Positions 20,971 through 31,107 of a DNA stretch of 64,000 nucleotides are shown one piece after another. Position 1 is the first letter of the stretch. Each line of letters begins with the position of its first letter. The position numbers and the translations under genes were made by a program. This stretch comes from Candidatus Entotheonellaceae bacterium (GTDB lineage: Bacteria > Tectomicrobia > Entotheonellia > Entotheonellales > Entotheonellaceae). The notes beneath the pieces were generated by a model, which was given only the letters and a program-made list of their open reading frames with translations, was not told the DNA's origin and made no database searches. Location: assembly GCA_965238075.1 (NCBI GenBank), contig OZ250173.1, positions 3,136,001 to 3,200,000 of the forward strand, given 5' to 3'.

Positions 20971-21690
20971 CTATCCAAACAACGCCTCGTCGACCTTGTG
21001 CCGCAGGACTTCAAGTTCGTGTCGTCTGCGCGCGACCGCCATACGTTGGCGCAGCAGAAAGACAAACAGGAGCAGAAAGGCCGCCAAGGATACCAAAAAG
21101 GTCAGCATCATGGCAGGCGGCAGCCCCGTTGTTCCATCCGATTGAACAACCACCGGCTCGGGGTGGAGATTGCGCCACTTTTCGATGCTCCAGCGAATCA
21201 GCGGCACGTCGATGAAGCCGACAATGCCCAGGACCGCCGCAAACCGGGCTCGCCTCGGATCCGTCGCATCCGCCCGCAGCATGAGATAAGCCACGTAAAT
21301 CAGCCACAGCACCAGGGTCAGTGTGAGGGTCGGATCCCAGGTCCACCAGACGCCCCAAATCGGCCGTCCCCAAATCGGGCCCGTTATGAGCACAAGGGTG
21401 CAGAAAAGCACGCCGAGCTCGGCAGCGCTCATGGCCGTCTGATCCCACCAGTCGGCGTGTTTCCACAAGTAAAGGATGCTGGCGACAAATACTACGAAGA
21501 AAGCCACGAACATGGTCATCGCCGAAGACACGTGAAAATAGAAGATGCGCTGCACGATACCCTGCGCCTTTTCCGTAGGAGCATAGACAAAGATGCACCA
21601 GAGCGCGGCCACCATCACCACGTAGGTCAGCGTCGCGTACCAGCCCGGCCAAAGGCTGACTGGGCGCCCATTCTTTTCTCCACCGGCCAC
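20971..21690 (-). CDS. ccmC: Heme exporter / cytochrome c biogenesis protein CcmC
   Basis: RIFYFHV, WWD motif WGRPIWGVWWTWDP, LHP. Confidence 0.95.
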   Translation of the reverse strand: MAGGEKNGRPVSLWPGWYATLTYVVMVAALWCIFVYAPTEKAQGIVQRIFYFHVSSAMTMFVAFFVVFVASILYLWKHADWWDQTAMSAAELGVLFCTLVLITGPIWGRPIWGVWWTWDPTLTLTLVLWLIYVAYLMLRADATDPRRARFAAVLGIVGFIDVPLIRWSIEKWRNLHPEPVVVQSDGTTGLPPAMMLTFLVSLAAFLLLFVFLLRQRMAVARRRHELEVLRHKVDEALFG

Positions 21691-21694
21691 CGTG

Positions 21695-22363
21695 TTACTC
21701 CTCCACGACGTAATCAAAAATCAACACCGCCAGCACCAGGAAAACAACGTCAAAGACGGTTATCAGGATAACGTAGTCCCGGATGTCCGCCAATGTCTTG
21801 CCGTCAATGAGGTCTCCGGTGGCATACACGGCGGCGATCAGCAACGGCACCGACACCGGAAGAAACAGCAGCGGCAGCATGACCTCCCGCATTCGGATGT
21901 TCAACACAATGAGGGAAAACAATGTCCCCAGAACGCTCAGTCCCACGATTCCCAACGCCAGGATGACACCGAGTGCGGGCAGGCTGGCCGTCAGGTCGAC
22001 GCGGAACCAGAGCGCGAAGAGGGGCAAGATGCAACCGGATACGACGAGCAGATAGATCATGTTGGCCAATGCCTTCGCCAGGAACAGCGCCGAGCGGTCC
22101 TGAACCGCTAACAGCACGCCCTGCAGGCAATCCTCCTCGCCTTCCATTTGCACGGCTCGTTGCAACCCTATCACGGTGGCGAACAGGAGCGCGACCCACA
22201 ACACGCCGGCGGCCACCTCGCGGATCAGAGCCGGATTGGAGCCAATGGTGAACTGGAATACTACAACGACCAACACCGTGAAAACGAACATGGACGTAAA
22301 GACTTCGCGCGCCCGCCACTCGGTCTTCAAGTCCTTGGCCAGAATGGCGCCCGCTTGCCGCAT
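21695..22363 (-). CDS. ccmB: Heme exporter protein CcmB
   Basis: KDLKTEWR, GVLWVALLFA, LFLAK, REVMLPLLFLPVSVP. Confidence 0.93.
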   Translation of the reverse strand: MRQAGAILAKDLKTEWRAREVFTSMFVFTVLVVVVFQFTIGSNPALIREVAAGVLWVALLFATVIGLQRAVQMEGEEDCLQGVLLAVQDRSALFLAKALANMIYLLVVSGCILPLFALWFRVDLTASLPALGVILALGIVGLSVLGTLFSLIVLNIRMREVMLPLLFLPVSVPLLIAAVYATGDLIDGKTLADIRDYVILITVFDVVFLVLAVLIFDYVVEE

Positions 22364-22373
22364 GAAGACACCC

Positions 22374-23111
22374 TTAACCGACATGATGACTGTACAGTTG
22401 TGAAAAAGAGTGCAGGGTGTCCTGTGACGTCGAAACGTGGTGCACGATTTTGCCGCGGCGTTGAATGGCAATTTCGTCGCACAATTCAAACCCGCGGGGC
22501 AAATCGTGTGTGCTGATAATGATGGTGCGCCCGTCTGTGCACAGTTGCCGCAGGAGGTTCTGCAACCGCGCTGCGGCTTGTTGATCGAGGGCGTTGTACG
22601 GTTCATCGAGAAGGAGCAGCTTAGGGCGGTGCAGAATGACCCGCGCAATGGCCAAACGCTGTTGCATGCCACGGGAGTACGTCCGAACCAACTGGCGCGT
22701 GAGCGCCTCCAGCCCGACTATTTCCAGCACTTCCCGGATGCGCTCGGTGAGGTGCGCGACGCCTAACATACGCCCATAAAAATGAAGATTCTCGAACGCC
22801 GTAAGGTGGCCATAAAGAAAGGTGCGGTGGCCCAAGACGCCCAAGAGCGGGCGAATGCGTTCCGCAGCGCGTGACGCATCGTGGCCTGCAATGGTCACCG
22901 TGCCGCTGGAGGGCAGTGTCAGGGTGGAAAGGATTTTCAGCAAGGTGGTCTTGCCGGCCCCATTCGGACCGACCAAGCCCAGGCACTTGCCGGACTCGAG
23001 TTGCAAATCGACGCCCTGCAGAGCGAGAGAGGCGCCGAAGTGTTTGGTGACGCGGTCCAGATGGACCATCAATGGCCGACCTTCCGGTGGGTCTTGGACG
23101 CGGCTAGACAC
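22374..23111 (-). CDS. ccmA: Heme ABC exporter ATP-binding protein CcmA
   Basis: [26 protein letters not shown]; adjacent to ccmB; start uncertain (23111 or 23069). Confidence 0.92.
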   Translation of the reverse strand: MSSRVQDPPEGRPLMVHLDRVTKHFGASLALQGVDLQLESGKCLGLVGPNGAGKTTLLKILSTLTLPSSGTVTIAGHDASRAAERIRPLLGVLGHRTFLYGHLTAFENLHFYGRMLGVAHLTERIREVLEIVGLEALTRQLVRTYSRGMQQRLAIARVILHRPKLLLLDEPYNALDQQAAARLQNLLRQLCTDGRTIIISTHDLPRGFELCDEIAIQRRGKIVHHVSTSQDTLHSFSQLYSHHVG

Positions 23112-24333
23112 GTTGGTTCTGATGCTCCCCAATCTGCTGGAGTTGCCGCAAGAGACTGCAAAGCTGCGTTTTGTAATCGCGGCGGCGGGGATGATAATCC
23201 ATGTCGTCAATCGCGCCGGCTTCCCATCGCCTGTCAATCTGCGAGATGCGTTGCAGCAACAGTTGCTCGGCCGCGCGCAAGTCGTGTATCTGTTGCGGTG
23301 TTGCCTGCAACTGCGGCGCGGCAATTGGCTTGGCACGCCGCCGTCGTGCGTAGGGCGCCGCCATGCCTGTCAATGAAAGAACCACGACGAGACCGTAAAC
23401 CCCCACGCGCAGGGCTGGCAACGCTGTCGCTCGTTGCGCCAGTTGCAACCAGGAGCGCGACCGCTCCGGCAAATCAACGCCGCGGAAATGAGTGAATACG
23501 TGGGGCTCAACGGACACGCGGCCGGCGAACGACAAATCACTGGTTGCCGCGAGGGACTCTTCCTCGACAAGAACGTCGAGCACGTCCGTTGGCAGGGTGC
23601 GCCGGGGCAGGATGATCATCACCCTGCCCTGCAAAGGAAGCGCATAGGTAAACATCACATTGTGTTCGCCAGGTTTCAATGGGGCCGTGTAAATCAGTCC
23701 GGTAGCGTGTTGCCGGACCAGGGACAGGTCCAGCCCCTCAATCCCTTGCAGTTCGTAGTAGCCTTTAGGCAGGGAAAGATGGAACGAGCCGTGGGGACTG
23801 CCCGAGTCGGCGTCTGCAGAACCGGCGAACGCTGTCGTGCCGCGGTTGACGATTTTCACGATCTCGCGCACTTCGAGCCGTTCATTGCGCTTGACGATCA
23901 CTATCAGGTGACTGATGACCTGCAACGTTGGCGCAACGGGCTTCGCCGGCAAGGCTTGCGCGGACCGGTCGTCCAGGTTCAGGACAAGATCCGCCCGGTG
24001 CGGCGTATCTTGGAGGGAAATTGGCTCGCTTCGGTGTAATTGGTCTTGGTAACGAATACCGACGAAGTACGTGAAGCCCCCGCCGGTTGACAGATTCTCG
24101 AACAGAAACTCCCCCTGAGCGTTGGTCTCGCCTGGCGTGCGCTGTACGTCGTTGTCGGGTCCAAACCGGATGAGCATGATGCGGTGCGCACCCACCACTT
24201 CCCCGCCGGACCGAATGACACCGCCAATACTGCCCTCCTCCGCCCTGACCGAGGTTGACAAGGCGCTGAGCAGGAGCAGGCCGCACACGAGAGCGGCGCA
24301 GCTCCTAAATTGTGAGATGTTGTTGTGCGGCAT
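23104..24333 (-). CDS. Exported beta-sandwich protein with C-terminal TM and helical tail, cytochrome c biogenesis-associated
   Basis: Signal peptide, TNAQGEFLFENL (carboxypeptidase-regulatory-like), TM, tail LLQRISQIDRRWEAGAIDDMDY resembling CcmI-type repeat. Confidence 0.65.
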   Translation of the reverse strand: MPHNNISQFRSCAALVCGLLLLSALSTSVRAEEGSIGGVIRSGGEVVGAHRIMLIRFGPDNDVQRTPGETNAQGEFLFENLSTGGGFTYFVGIRYQDQLHRSEPISLQDTPHRADLVLNLDDRSAQALPAKPVAPTLQVISHLIVIVKRNERLEVREIVKIVNRGTTAFAGSADADSGSPHGSFHLSLPKGYYELQGIEGLDLSLVRQHATGLIYTAPLKPGEHNVMFTYALPLQGRVMIILPRRTLPTDVLDVLVEEESLAATSDLSFAGRVSVEPHVFTHFRGVDLPERSRSWLQLAQRATALPALRVGVYGLVVVLSLTGMAAPYARRRRAKPIAAPQLQATPQQIHDLRAAEQLLLQRISQIDRRWEAGAIDDMDYHPRRRDYKTQLCSLLRQLQQIGEHQNQRV

Positions 24334-24396
24334 TGGAAGGCACCGGGAAAGTGTAGGCGGGGTCGAGCAGCAGAAGCAGAAGCGCGCCGTCACGTC

Positions 24397-24843
24397 TTAC
24401 AGGGCTGGCTTCAGTAGCTGACCACAGATGGGACAATAGGTTGCGTCGGCTGCCAAGCCGGTTCCGCAAGTCGGGCACGTGTCCTCGGAAGCGGCGTCTT
24501 CCTTTTGGCGATAGGCCAGAATTTCTCGCTCCGCGACGAGATCCAGGTCAGCCAGCGGATCAGCCAAGTCCAATTGCCGCAGGATGTCTGCGGCCTCTGC
24601 CTCCATCTGGCGGCGTAGCGCGGCATGGTCCTCGGCGTCCACCTTGCCGGTCTGATGATCAAAATCCAGATCTCGAATGGCTGTGTACAGCGTTTCCTTT
24701 TGCAGCGTCAGGCGCTCAATGGCATCGCCCTGCGCATCCGCCTCAGCTTCCTGCATGCGACCTCGGCGGACAAGAGGCTCTCCGATCCATGCGACAAGCC
24801 CAATGGCCATGACGACGATGACGACGAGGTCGGCCGTGTTCAC
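24397..24843 (-). CDS. Membrane-anchored zinc-ribbon protein (CcmI N-terminus-like)
   Basis: TM, IRDLDFDHQTGKVDAED, double CxxC (CPTCG...CPICG). Confidence 0.75.
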   Translation of the reverse strand: MNTADLVVIVVMAIGLVAWIGEPLVRRGRMQEAEADAQGDAIERLTLQKETLYTAIRDLDFDHQTGKVDAEDHAALRRQMEAEAADILRQLDLADPLADLDLVAEREILAYRQKEDAASEDTCPTCGTGLAADATYCPICGQLLKPAL

Positions 24844-24849
24844 AACACC

Positions 24850-26844
24850 TCACCCCTGCTCTGCGGCTGTCCCGGCCGTTGGCGTTCCACGCGCGCCAAT
24901 CCTGGCGGGTTGCCGGCGCTCGGGCCAGATGGCAATGAGTGTGCCAACGATCATCACAAGGCCGCCCAGCCACAGCCATATCACCAATGGGTTGACAAAT
25001 ACCTTGAAGGTGGCGGTGCCCGAGGGCTCAAAACCCGCCAGGATGATGTAGAGATCTTCGAGCAGCGACGTCCGCAGGGCGACTTCCGTTGTCGGCTGGT
25101 TCTGGGCGAAATAGAAACGCCTTTCCGGGAACAACGTGGTCACATGCCGTCCGTTCCGGCTCACCTCCACCTTGGCCCGTATCGATTCATGGGTTGGCTG
25201 CAGGTCGCTCTCGAGCGTTTCGTATCGCAGTGTAAAGTCCCCTACCGTGGCCTGTTCCTTGGGGTCCAGAACGATGTCGCGTTCGATCTTGTAGGCCGAG
25301 GAGCCGGTGATCCCCACGAAGATCAGAACCACGCCAAAGTGAATGATGTAACCTCCGTAACGGCGCCGATTTCGGGTCATCAGGGAGAAAAACGCCTGCC
25401 AGGCGGTCCCCCCCGTCGACGCGCGGCGGGCCCGCGTGCCGCGATAAAATTCCAGCACAATCGTCGAGAAGGTAAATAGACAGATGGACAGGGAAATCAA
25501 GGCAACCACGTGTCGGATGCCGCTGCCGTAGAGAACGGCCACGCCCAGGAGGGATACGACGAGCGGGTTGAGGAAGTTGCGCTGGAAGTTGCGAACGCTG
25601 CCCTTGCGCCACGCAATCAGCGGGCACACGCCCGAAAGCAGAAGCAGGGCGAGGCCCAAAGGCACGTTGACCTGATTGAAGAATGGCGCTGCAACGCTGA
25701 TCTTAACGCCCCGGACCGCCTCCGAGATGATTGGGAACATGGTGCCCCAAAGCACCGAGAACATGATGCCGACGAAGAACAAGTTGTTGAATAAAAAGCT
25801 GCTTTCGCGCGACAGAACAGACTCCAGACGATGGTCGCTGCGCAACTGAGGCAGTCGCCACACCAGCAGGGCCACGGCAACCGTCAGCGCAATCGCCAAG
25901 TAGATCAGGAAATACACGCCCAGGGACGATTCGGCAAACGCATGGACAGAGGAAATGATGCCGCTGCGCGTCAGAAACGTGCCAAAAATCGATAACCCGT
26001 AGGTCAGAATGACAAGGGACATGTTCCATACTTTCAGCATGCCCTTTTTTTCCTGGATCATCACCGAATGAAGGAACGCAGTTGCGGTGAGCCACGGCAG
26101 CAGCGAGGCGTTCTCGACCGGGTCCCACGCCCAATAGCCGCCCCACCCCAATTCCACGTAGGCCCACTTCCCGCCCAGCAAAATGCCGACGGTCAGAAAC
26201 AGCCAGGGGATGAGCGTCCAGCGCCGGATGCTGCGTATCCATTGGCTGTCCAGACGCCCGCTTGCCAAAGCGCCGATGGCAAAGCTGAACGGCACGGCAA
26301 ACCCTACAAAGCCCAAATAGAGGTTGGGCGGATGGATCACCATCAGGGGGGTTTGTAGCAGTGGGTTCAGCCCTTGGCCGTCGAGGGGTGCCTGGGCCAA
26401 TTCGTGGAAGGGATTTTCGGCGAAGATGAGAATGGCCAGAAATAGAATCGACGTGGCCATGAGGGTGGGAACCACGTAAGGCATCAGTTTCCGGTTGCGG
26501 TGCAGGTTCTGCGCCACGGCGATGGCGCTGTACAGGGTCAGAACCCACAACCACAGCAGCATGGAGCCCTCTTGCCCACCCCACAAGGAGGCAATGAGGT
26601 AAAAGATAGGCATGGAAAGGTTGGAAACACTGGCGACGTACTGAACGCGGAAGTCGTGGGTCAGTATGGCAAAAAGAAGCGCGATCATCGCGACGGAAAC
26701 CAGGGCGAAAACACCCAACGCTGCCCGCTCAGCGCTGCGAATCATTTCCTGGCGCCCGGTGCGAACCCCGATCAAGGCCGTGGCAATCGCGTAGAGGGCT
26801 GCTACAAGAGCAAATTGCAAGGCCGCGCCGCCGACATCGTTCAT
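24850..26844 (-). CDS. ccmF: Heme lyase CcmF
   Basis: WGGQEGS, GLNPLLQ, HPP, WAYVELGWGGYWAWDPVENAS, TRSG..SVHAF. Confidence 0.98.
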   Translation of the reverse strand: MNDVGGAALQFALVAALYAIATALIGVRTGRQEMIRSAERAALGVFALVSVAMIALLFAILTHDFRVQYVASVSNLSMPIFYLIASLWGGQEGSMLLWLWVLTLYSAIAVAQNLHRNRKLMPYVVPTLMATSILFLAILIFAENPFHELAQAPLDGQGLNPLLQTPLMVIHPPNLYLGFVGFAVPFSFAIGALASGRLDSQWIRSIRRWTLIPWLFLTVGILLGGKWAYVELGWGGYWAWDPVENASLLPWLTATAFLHSVMIQEKKGMLKVWNMSLVILTYGLSIFGTFLTRSGIISSVHAFAESSLGVYFLIYLAIALTVAVALLVWRLPQLRSDHRLESVLSRESSFLFNNLFFVGIMFSVLWGTMFPIISEAVRGVKISVAAPFFNQVNVPLGLALLLLSGVCPLIAWRKGSVRNFQRNFLNPLVVSLLGVAVLYGSGIRHVVALISLSICLFTFSTIVLEFYRGTRARRASTGGTAWQAFFSLMTRNRRRYGGYIIHFGVVLIFVGITGSSAYKIERDIVLDPKEQATVGDFTLRYETLESDLQPTHESIRAKVEVSRNGRHVTTLFPERRFYFAQNQPTTEVALRTSLLEDLYIILAGFEPSGTATFKVFVNPLVIWLWLGGLVMIVGTLIAIWPERRQPARIGARGTPTAGTAAEQG

Positions 26845-26882
26845 TACCGGTCCTCATGCTTCAACGACAGGTTTCTGTCGCA

Positions 26883-27284
26883 TCATGACGTGGGCTTTTC
26901 TTCCTCATACTTGGATGGGCAACTGGTCATCAGATGTGAAGCAACCAAGATGCCGTCCTGACCGATCTGCCCTTCCACAATAACGTCCGCGCCTGTCTGA
27001 AACATGTCCGGTTTGACGCCCTTGTACGACACGGGCACGCTTGCCTCTCCTTCTCCCATCGTGAAGGTGAGCTGCAAATTGCGCACGTCCCAGTGAATCG
27101 GGTCTGCCGTTACCTTTCCCGATACCCTGATGGCTTCACCCTGCATGGCGGCGACCTGTTGGTGCAGTTCGGGCACCGTCATGTAATACATCGTGCTTCC
27201 GGTCGCACCGGAAAACATCAGATAGACTATCGACGCCACGACAATGGCTACCCCGATTGACAGTTTGACGTGTTGTTTCGACAT
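26883..27284 (-). CDS. ccmE: Heme chaperone CcmE, Cys-type (CxxxY)
   Basis: TM, YY, YKGVKPDMF, VIVEG, C-terminal CPSKY. Confidence 0.93.
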   Translation of the reverse strand: MSKQHVKLSIGVAIVVASIVYLMFSGATGSTMYYMTVPELHQQVAAMQGEAIRVSGKVTADPIHWDVRNLQLTFTMGEGEASVPVSYKGVKPDMFQTGADVIVEGQIGQDGILVASHLMTSCPSKYEEEKPTS

Positions 27285-27302
27285 CCTCCGCACCCTTCCC
27301 TT

Positions 27303-27608
27303 TTATTTCAAAGTTGTCTTGATCTTGCCGGATTCGTCTACACGCCCAACATGCTCTTCTTCAAGCTTGCGCATTTCCTCGATAATCGTGCGGTAAATGC
27401 GCTCAATGGCGTCTCCGTGCAGTGGCCCGGGATTGTCCGTCTGCAGGCGTTTGACAACGCTGCTTTCACGCTCCGGCACATGGATGGGGAGACCATGCTT
27501 GCGCTTGTAATCGCCGATGTCCAGAACCGCTCGGGCGCGCTCCGAAAGCAACGCGAGAGCCTGACCGTCGATGGCATCGAGACGCAAGCGCAATTGGTCA
27601 AGATCCAT
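27303..27608 (-). CDS. Stand-alone chorismate mutase (AroQ type)
   Basis: LRLRLDAID, LLSERA, IGDYK, PERE, NPGPL. Confidence 0.9.
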   Translation of the reverse strand: MDLDQLRLRLDAIDGQALALLSERARAVLDIGDYKRKHGLPIHVPERESSVVKRLQTDNPGPLHGDAIERIYRTIIEEMRKLEEEHVGRVDESGKIKTTLK

Positions 27609-27823
27609 AAGTGCCGCCCCTCTTCACACCGCTTTACAGGTTGCTTGCGGGACGCAAGTATAGTCCAGATGGTTCTGACAGCACAACCACGACGCGGCGC
27701 CTTGTGACTCGGAAAGGCGTTGTGCTACCATCATGCTCGTCTGGTCGGAAGACCCTCTACACGACCCTCGGCAAAGCAATGGCAACGTCATCGCAGTCTT
27801 CGTTTTCTCTATGAGCCTCACAC

Positions 27824-28201
27824 ATGTTCAACGGTTTTCTGAAGGTTGTCGGTTTGGCAACTGTGCTGGCTTGGCTCCTTCTGGCGCCGCTGCTGTACGT
27901 TTTCACCACCCCGGATGTCCTGTGGTGGGCCGCAGCAGGATGCCTTCCCGCCGTTCTGTTCTTCATTTATGAGTTTTACACGCTTAGCAAAGCCGACCAC
28001 CAAGACCTGATTTTGTTCATGCAGGCGTTCTTGGGCGGTATGATTGTAAGGCTGCTCGTCGTTGGCGTGATTATTTTCTTGCTGATCAAGTTCACGAATG
28101 TCCATCTAACAAGCTTCGTATTTTCTCTTTTTGGTTTCTACATGCTCTACCTGGTCATTGAGTTGTACTTCGTTGTCAGGGGATCAAGAAAACACGCTTG
28201 A
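27824..28201 (+). CDS. atpI: ATP synthase protein I-like membrane protein
   Basis: Four hydrophobic segments, GGMIVRL, immediately upstream of atpB. Confidence 0.7.
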   Translation: MFNGFLKVVGLATVLAWLLLAPLLYVFTTPDVLWWAAAGCLPAVLFFIYEFYTLSKADHQDLILFMQAFLGGMIVRLLVVGVIIFLLIKFTNVHLTSFVFSLFGFYMLYLVIELYFVVRGSRKHA

Positions 28202-28213
28202 GGAGACGTGACG

Positions 28214-29041
28214 ATGGGAATTGCTTACGCTGCCACCGAAGGCGGCGGCCACGGCGAGGAGCACAGCATCGGCGAAACGATCCTGCACCACGTGCAGGAC
28301 TCGCACGAACTCGATCTGTGGCCTTTGGGGCACTTGCCATTGCCGGAAATACATCTCTTTGGAATCGATTTTTCAATTACCAAACATCTTGTCATGATGT
28401 GGATTGCTTCGGTCTTGCTGGTTGCCGTATTTCGGCTCGCTTTCCGCCGTCAGGCCGCGGTGCCCAGTGGTATCGCCAACATGCTAGAGGCTCTCGTTGT
28501 TTACCTGCGGGATGAGGTCATCTTGCCGAATACAGGCGAGGCCGGTCGGCGTTACCTGCCTTTCCTGCTGACAACGTTCTTCTTCATTCTGTTCTGCAAT
28601 CTCTTAGGGCTCATTCCCTACGGCGCCACGGCCACTGGCAACATCACCGTCACCGCGGCCCTGGCGCTCATCGCGCTGACCATGATTCAATTGAGCGGCA
28701 TTAAAGAGCACGGCCTTAAGCACCACCTGCAGAACTTGGTGCCGCACGGCCTGCCCGTGTGGCTCCTGCCCATCATGCTCCCGGTCGAGATTCTCGGCCA
28801 GTTCACCAAGCCCTTTGCCCTGTGCGTTCGTCTCTATGCCAATATGACGGCGGGGCACATCGTCATCCTCTCCTTTATCAGCTTGATCTTCATTTTCGAA
28901 AGCTTCCTGATCTCTCCCGTCGCCGTCGGCTTTGCCCTGTTCATCAACCTGCTGGAAATATTCATTGCCTTCCTGCAGGCCTATATATTCACCCTGCTTA
29001 CGTCCCTTTTCATGGGCATGTCCATCCATCCCCAGCATTAG
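28214..29041 (+). CDS. atpB: F0F1 ATP synthase subunit a
   Basis: HHVQDS, SITKH, NLLGLIP, KPFALCVRLYANMTAGH, FLQAYIF. Confidence 0.97.
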   Translation: MGIAYAATEGGGHGEEHSIGETILHHVQDSHELDLWPLGHLPLPEIHLFGIDFSITKHLVMMWIASVLLVAVFRLAFRRQAAVPSGIANMLEALVVYLRDEVILPNTGEAGRRYLPFLLTTFFFILFCNLLGLIPYGATATGNITVTAALALIALTMIQLSGIKEHGLKHHLQNLVPHGLPVWLLPIMLPVEILGQFTKPFALCVRLYANMTAGHIVILSFISLIFIFESFLISPVAVGFALFINLLEIFIAFLQAYIFTLLTSLFMGMSIHPQH

Positions 29042-29078
29042 AGGGCTTGCCGCACTCGCAAGCAGCGCACCGCGTTTC

Positions 29079-30926
29079 CTACGCCGTGAGTGACAGCGAG
29101 CGCCGCTTGATCACTTGGCTGATCAGCTTCTCGAACTCGTCCACCGCCACCGGCCCCAGATTTTCGTCGCTGCGCAGGCGCACGGACACGGTTTGATCCG
29201 CCACCTCCTGATCCCCTACCACCAGCATGTATGGAACCTTCTGCAATTTCGCCTCGCGGATTTTGGCGTTCATGCGCTTGTCACTGACGTCGGCCTGCAC
29301 GCGGAAGCCGAGGTCGAACAGCCGTTTCACCACCTCTTGGGCGTAGTCCACGTGGCGGTCGGCGATGGGAATCACGACCGCTTGCGTGGGCGCCAGCCAG
29401 ACCGGGAAGGCGCCGCCGTACATCTCGATCAGATAGGCGGTCATGCGCTCCATGGTGCTGACCACGCCGCGGTGGATCATCACCGGCTGATGCTCTTGGC
29501 CGTCCTCGCCGATGTAGATGAGGCCGAACTGGTTCGGCAAATGGAAATCGATCTGGATGGTCGAGATCGTTTCCTCGCGGCCGAGGATGTCCCGCAACTG
29601 AATGTCCAGCTTCGGGCCGTAGAACGCCGCCTCACCCGGTGCTTCCGTGTAAGGAAGTCCGAGCGCGTCCATGGCCTCGCGCAGCACGTTTTCGGCCATG
29701 TCCCACATGGCGTCGTTGGCCACGTACTTCTCGGTGTTGGCCTGATCCCGCAGTGACAGACGGTAGGTGTATTCCTGGATGCCCAACGTTGCGTAGGCCC
29801 GCTCGACGAGGCGCATGACGTTGGAAAATTCCTCCTTGATCTGAGCCTGCGTGCAAAAGATGTGCGCGTCGTTCAGCGTCATCGTGCGCACCCGGCTGAG
29901 CCCCCCCACGACACCCGACTTCTCGTAGCGGTACATCGTTCCCAATTCGGCGATGCGGATAGGCAGTTCGCGGTAGCTATGCCGCTTTGACGCATAGATG
30001 AGGATGTGGTGCGGGCAGTTCATGGGCCGCAGCACGAGGTTCTCGTACTCCAGCTCCATGGGCGGGAACATGTCGTCTTTGTAATGCGACCAGTGACCGG
30101 AGGTTTCGTACAACTCCTGCTTGGCCAGGTGGGGGGTATACACGTGCTGGTACCCGTCCCGCCGTTCTTCTTCGGTGATGTACGCTTCGAGCTCCCGGCG
30201 TATGGTGGCGCCTTTCGGGAGCCATAGCGGCAGGCCGGCGCCGATGAGCTCGTGGCTGGTAAACAGCTCGAGCTCACGGCCCAGGCGGCGGTGGTCGCGT
30301 TGACGGGCTTGCTCCAGCCGTCGCAGATAATCGTCGAGGCCGGCTTTGTTCTCGAACACCGTGCCATAGATGCGCGTCAGCATCGGGTTGCGCTCATTGC
30401 CGCGCCAGTATGCCCCGGCGGTGCGCATCACCTTGACGGCATTCGCCTTGATCCTGCCCCCATGCGTTACGTGGGGGCCGCGGCACAGATCGACGAATGC
30501 GTCATGTTGATAAACGGTGATCCGATTGCCCGCTTCCGGGGGCAACTCATTGCCGTAATCGTCGTACTGCCCCTCCGCTATGCCGTCGATCAATTCCAGT
30601 TTGTAAGGCTGATCACGAAACAGGTCGCGGGCCTCCTGCAGGGTCACTTCGCGCACGTGAAAGGCATGTCTTTGCCGAATGAGCGCCTTCATGCGGTCCT
30701 GGATTATTGCCAAGTCCTCTTCGTTCGGGACACGGGACAGATCGAAATCGTAATAGAAGCCGTTTTCAATGGGCGGACCGATGGCCACCTTGGCCTCGGG
30801 AAAGCTCTCGATCACCGCCTGCGCCATAATATGGGCCGTCGAATGCCGCAGCTTGTATAACTCCGGGTCATAGCCGGAGGGAATGTATTGCTCAGCATCT
30901 GCCTTCAACCGTTCTTCATCGCTCAC
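29079..30926 (-). CDS. thrS: Threonine--tRNA ligase (no N-terminal TGS domain)
   Basis: RHSTAH, GFYYDF, DLCRGPH, GAYWRG, RDHR, RPMNCPHH, AFYGPK, MIHR. Confidence 0.98.
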   Translation of the reverse strand: MSDEERLKADAEQYIPSGYDPELYKLRHSTAHIMAQAVIESFPEAKVAIGPPIENGFYYDFDLSRVPNEEDLAIIQDRMKALIRQRHAFHVREVTLQEARDLFRDQPYKLELIDGIAEGQYDDYGNELPPEAGNRITVYQHDAFVDLCRGPHVTHGGRIKANAVKVMRTAGAYWRGNERNPMLTRIYGTVFENKAGLDDYLRRLEQARQRDHRRLGRELELFTSHELIGAGLPLWLPKGATIRRELEAYITEEERRDGYQHVYTPHLAKQELYETSGHWSHYKDDMFPPMELEYENLVLRPMNCPHHILIYASKRHSYRELPIRIAELGTMYRYEKSGVVGGLSRVRTMTLNDAHIFCTQAQIKEEFSNVMRLVERAYATLGIQEYTYRLSLRDQANTEKYVANDAMWDMAENVLREAMDALGLPYTEAPGEAAFYGPKLDIQLRDILGREETISTIQIDFHLPNQFGLIYIGEDGQEHQPVMIHRGVVSTMERMTAYLIEMYGGAFPVWLAPTQAVVIPIADRHVDYAQEVVKRLFDLGFRVQADVSDKRMNAKIREAKLQKVPYMLVVGDQEVADQTVSVRLRSDENLGPVAVDEFEKLISQVIKRRSLSLTA

Positions 30927-31107
30927 GTTGAGTCTCCTTCAAATCTGCTTCCTGACAGCCTTACAAGAGCGCCGCAAATTGCAGGTTCCGATCCCTGGGG
31001 GTAAATTCAGCGTTCAGGATCAAATGGCTGGATTTTCGGAGTGAATCGGTCCTACCTGAATTGGGGTAAGTAAACATGCAGACGGCAACAGGGAGGCATC
31101 GCAGATC

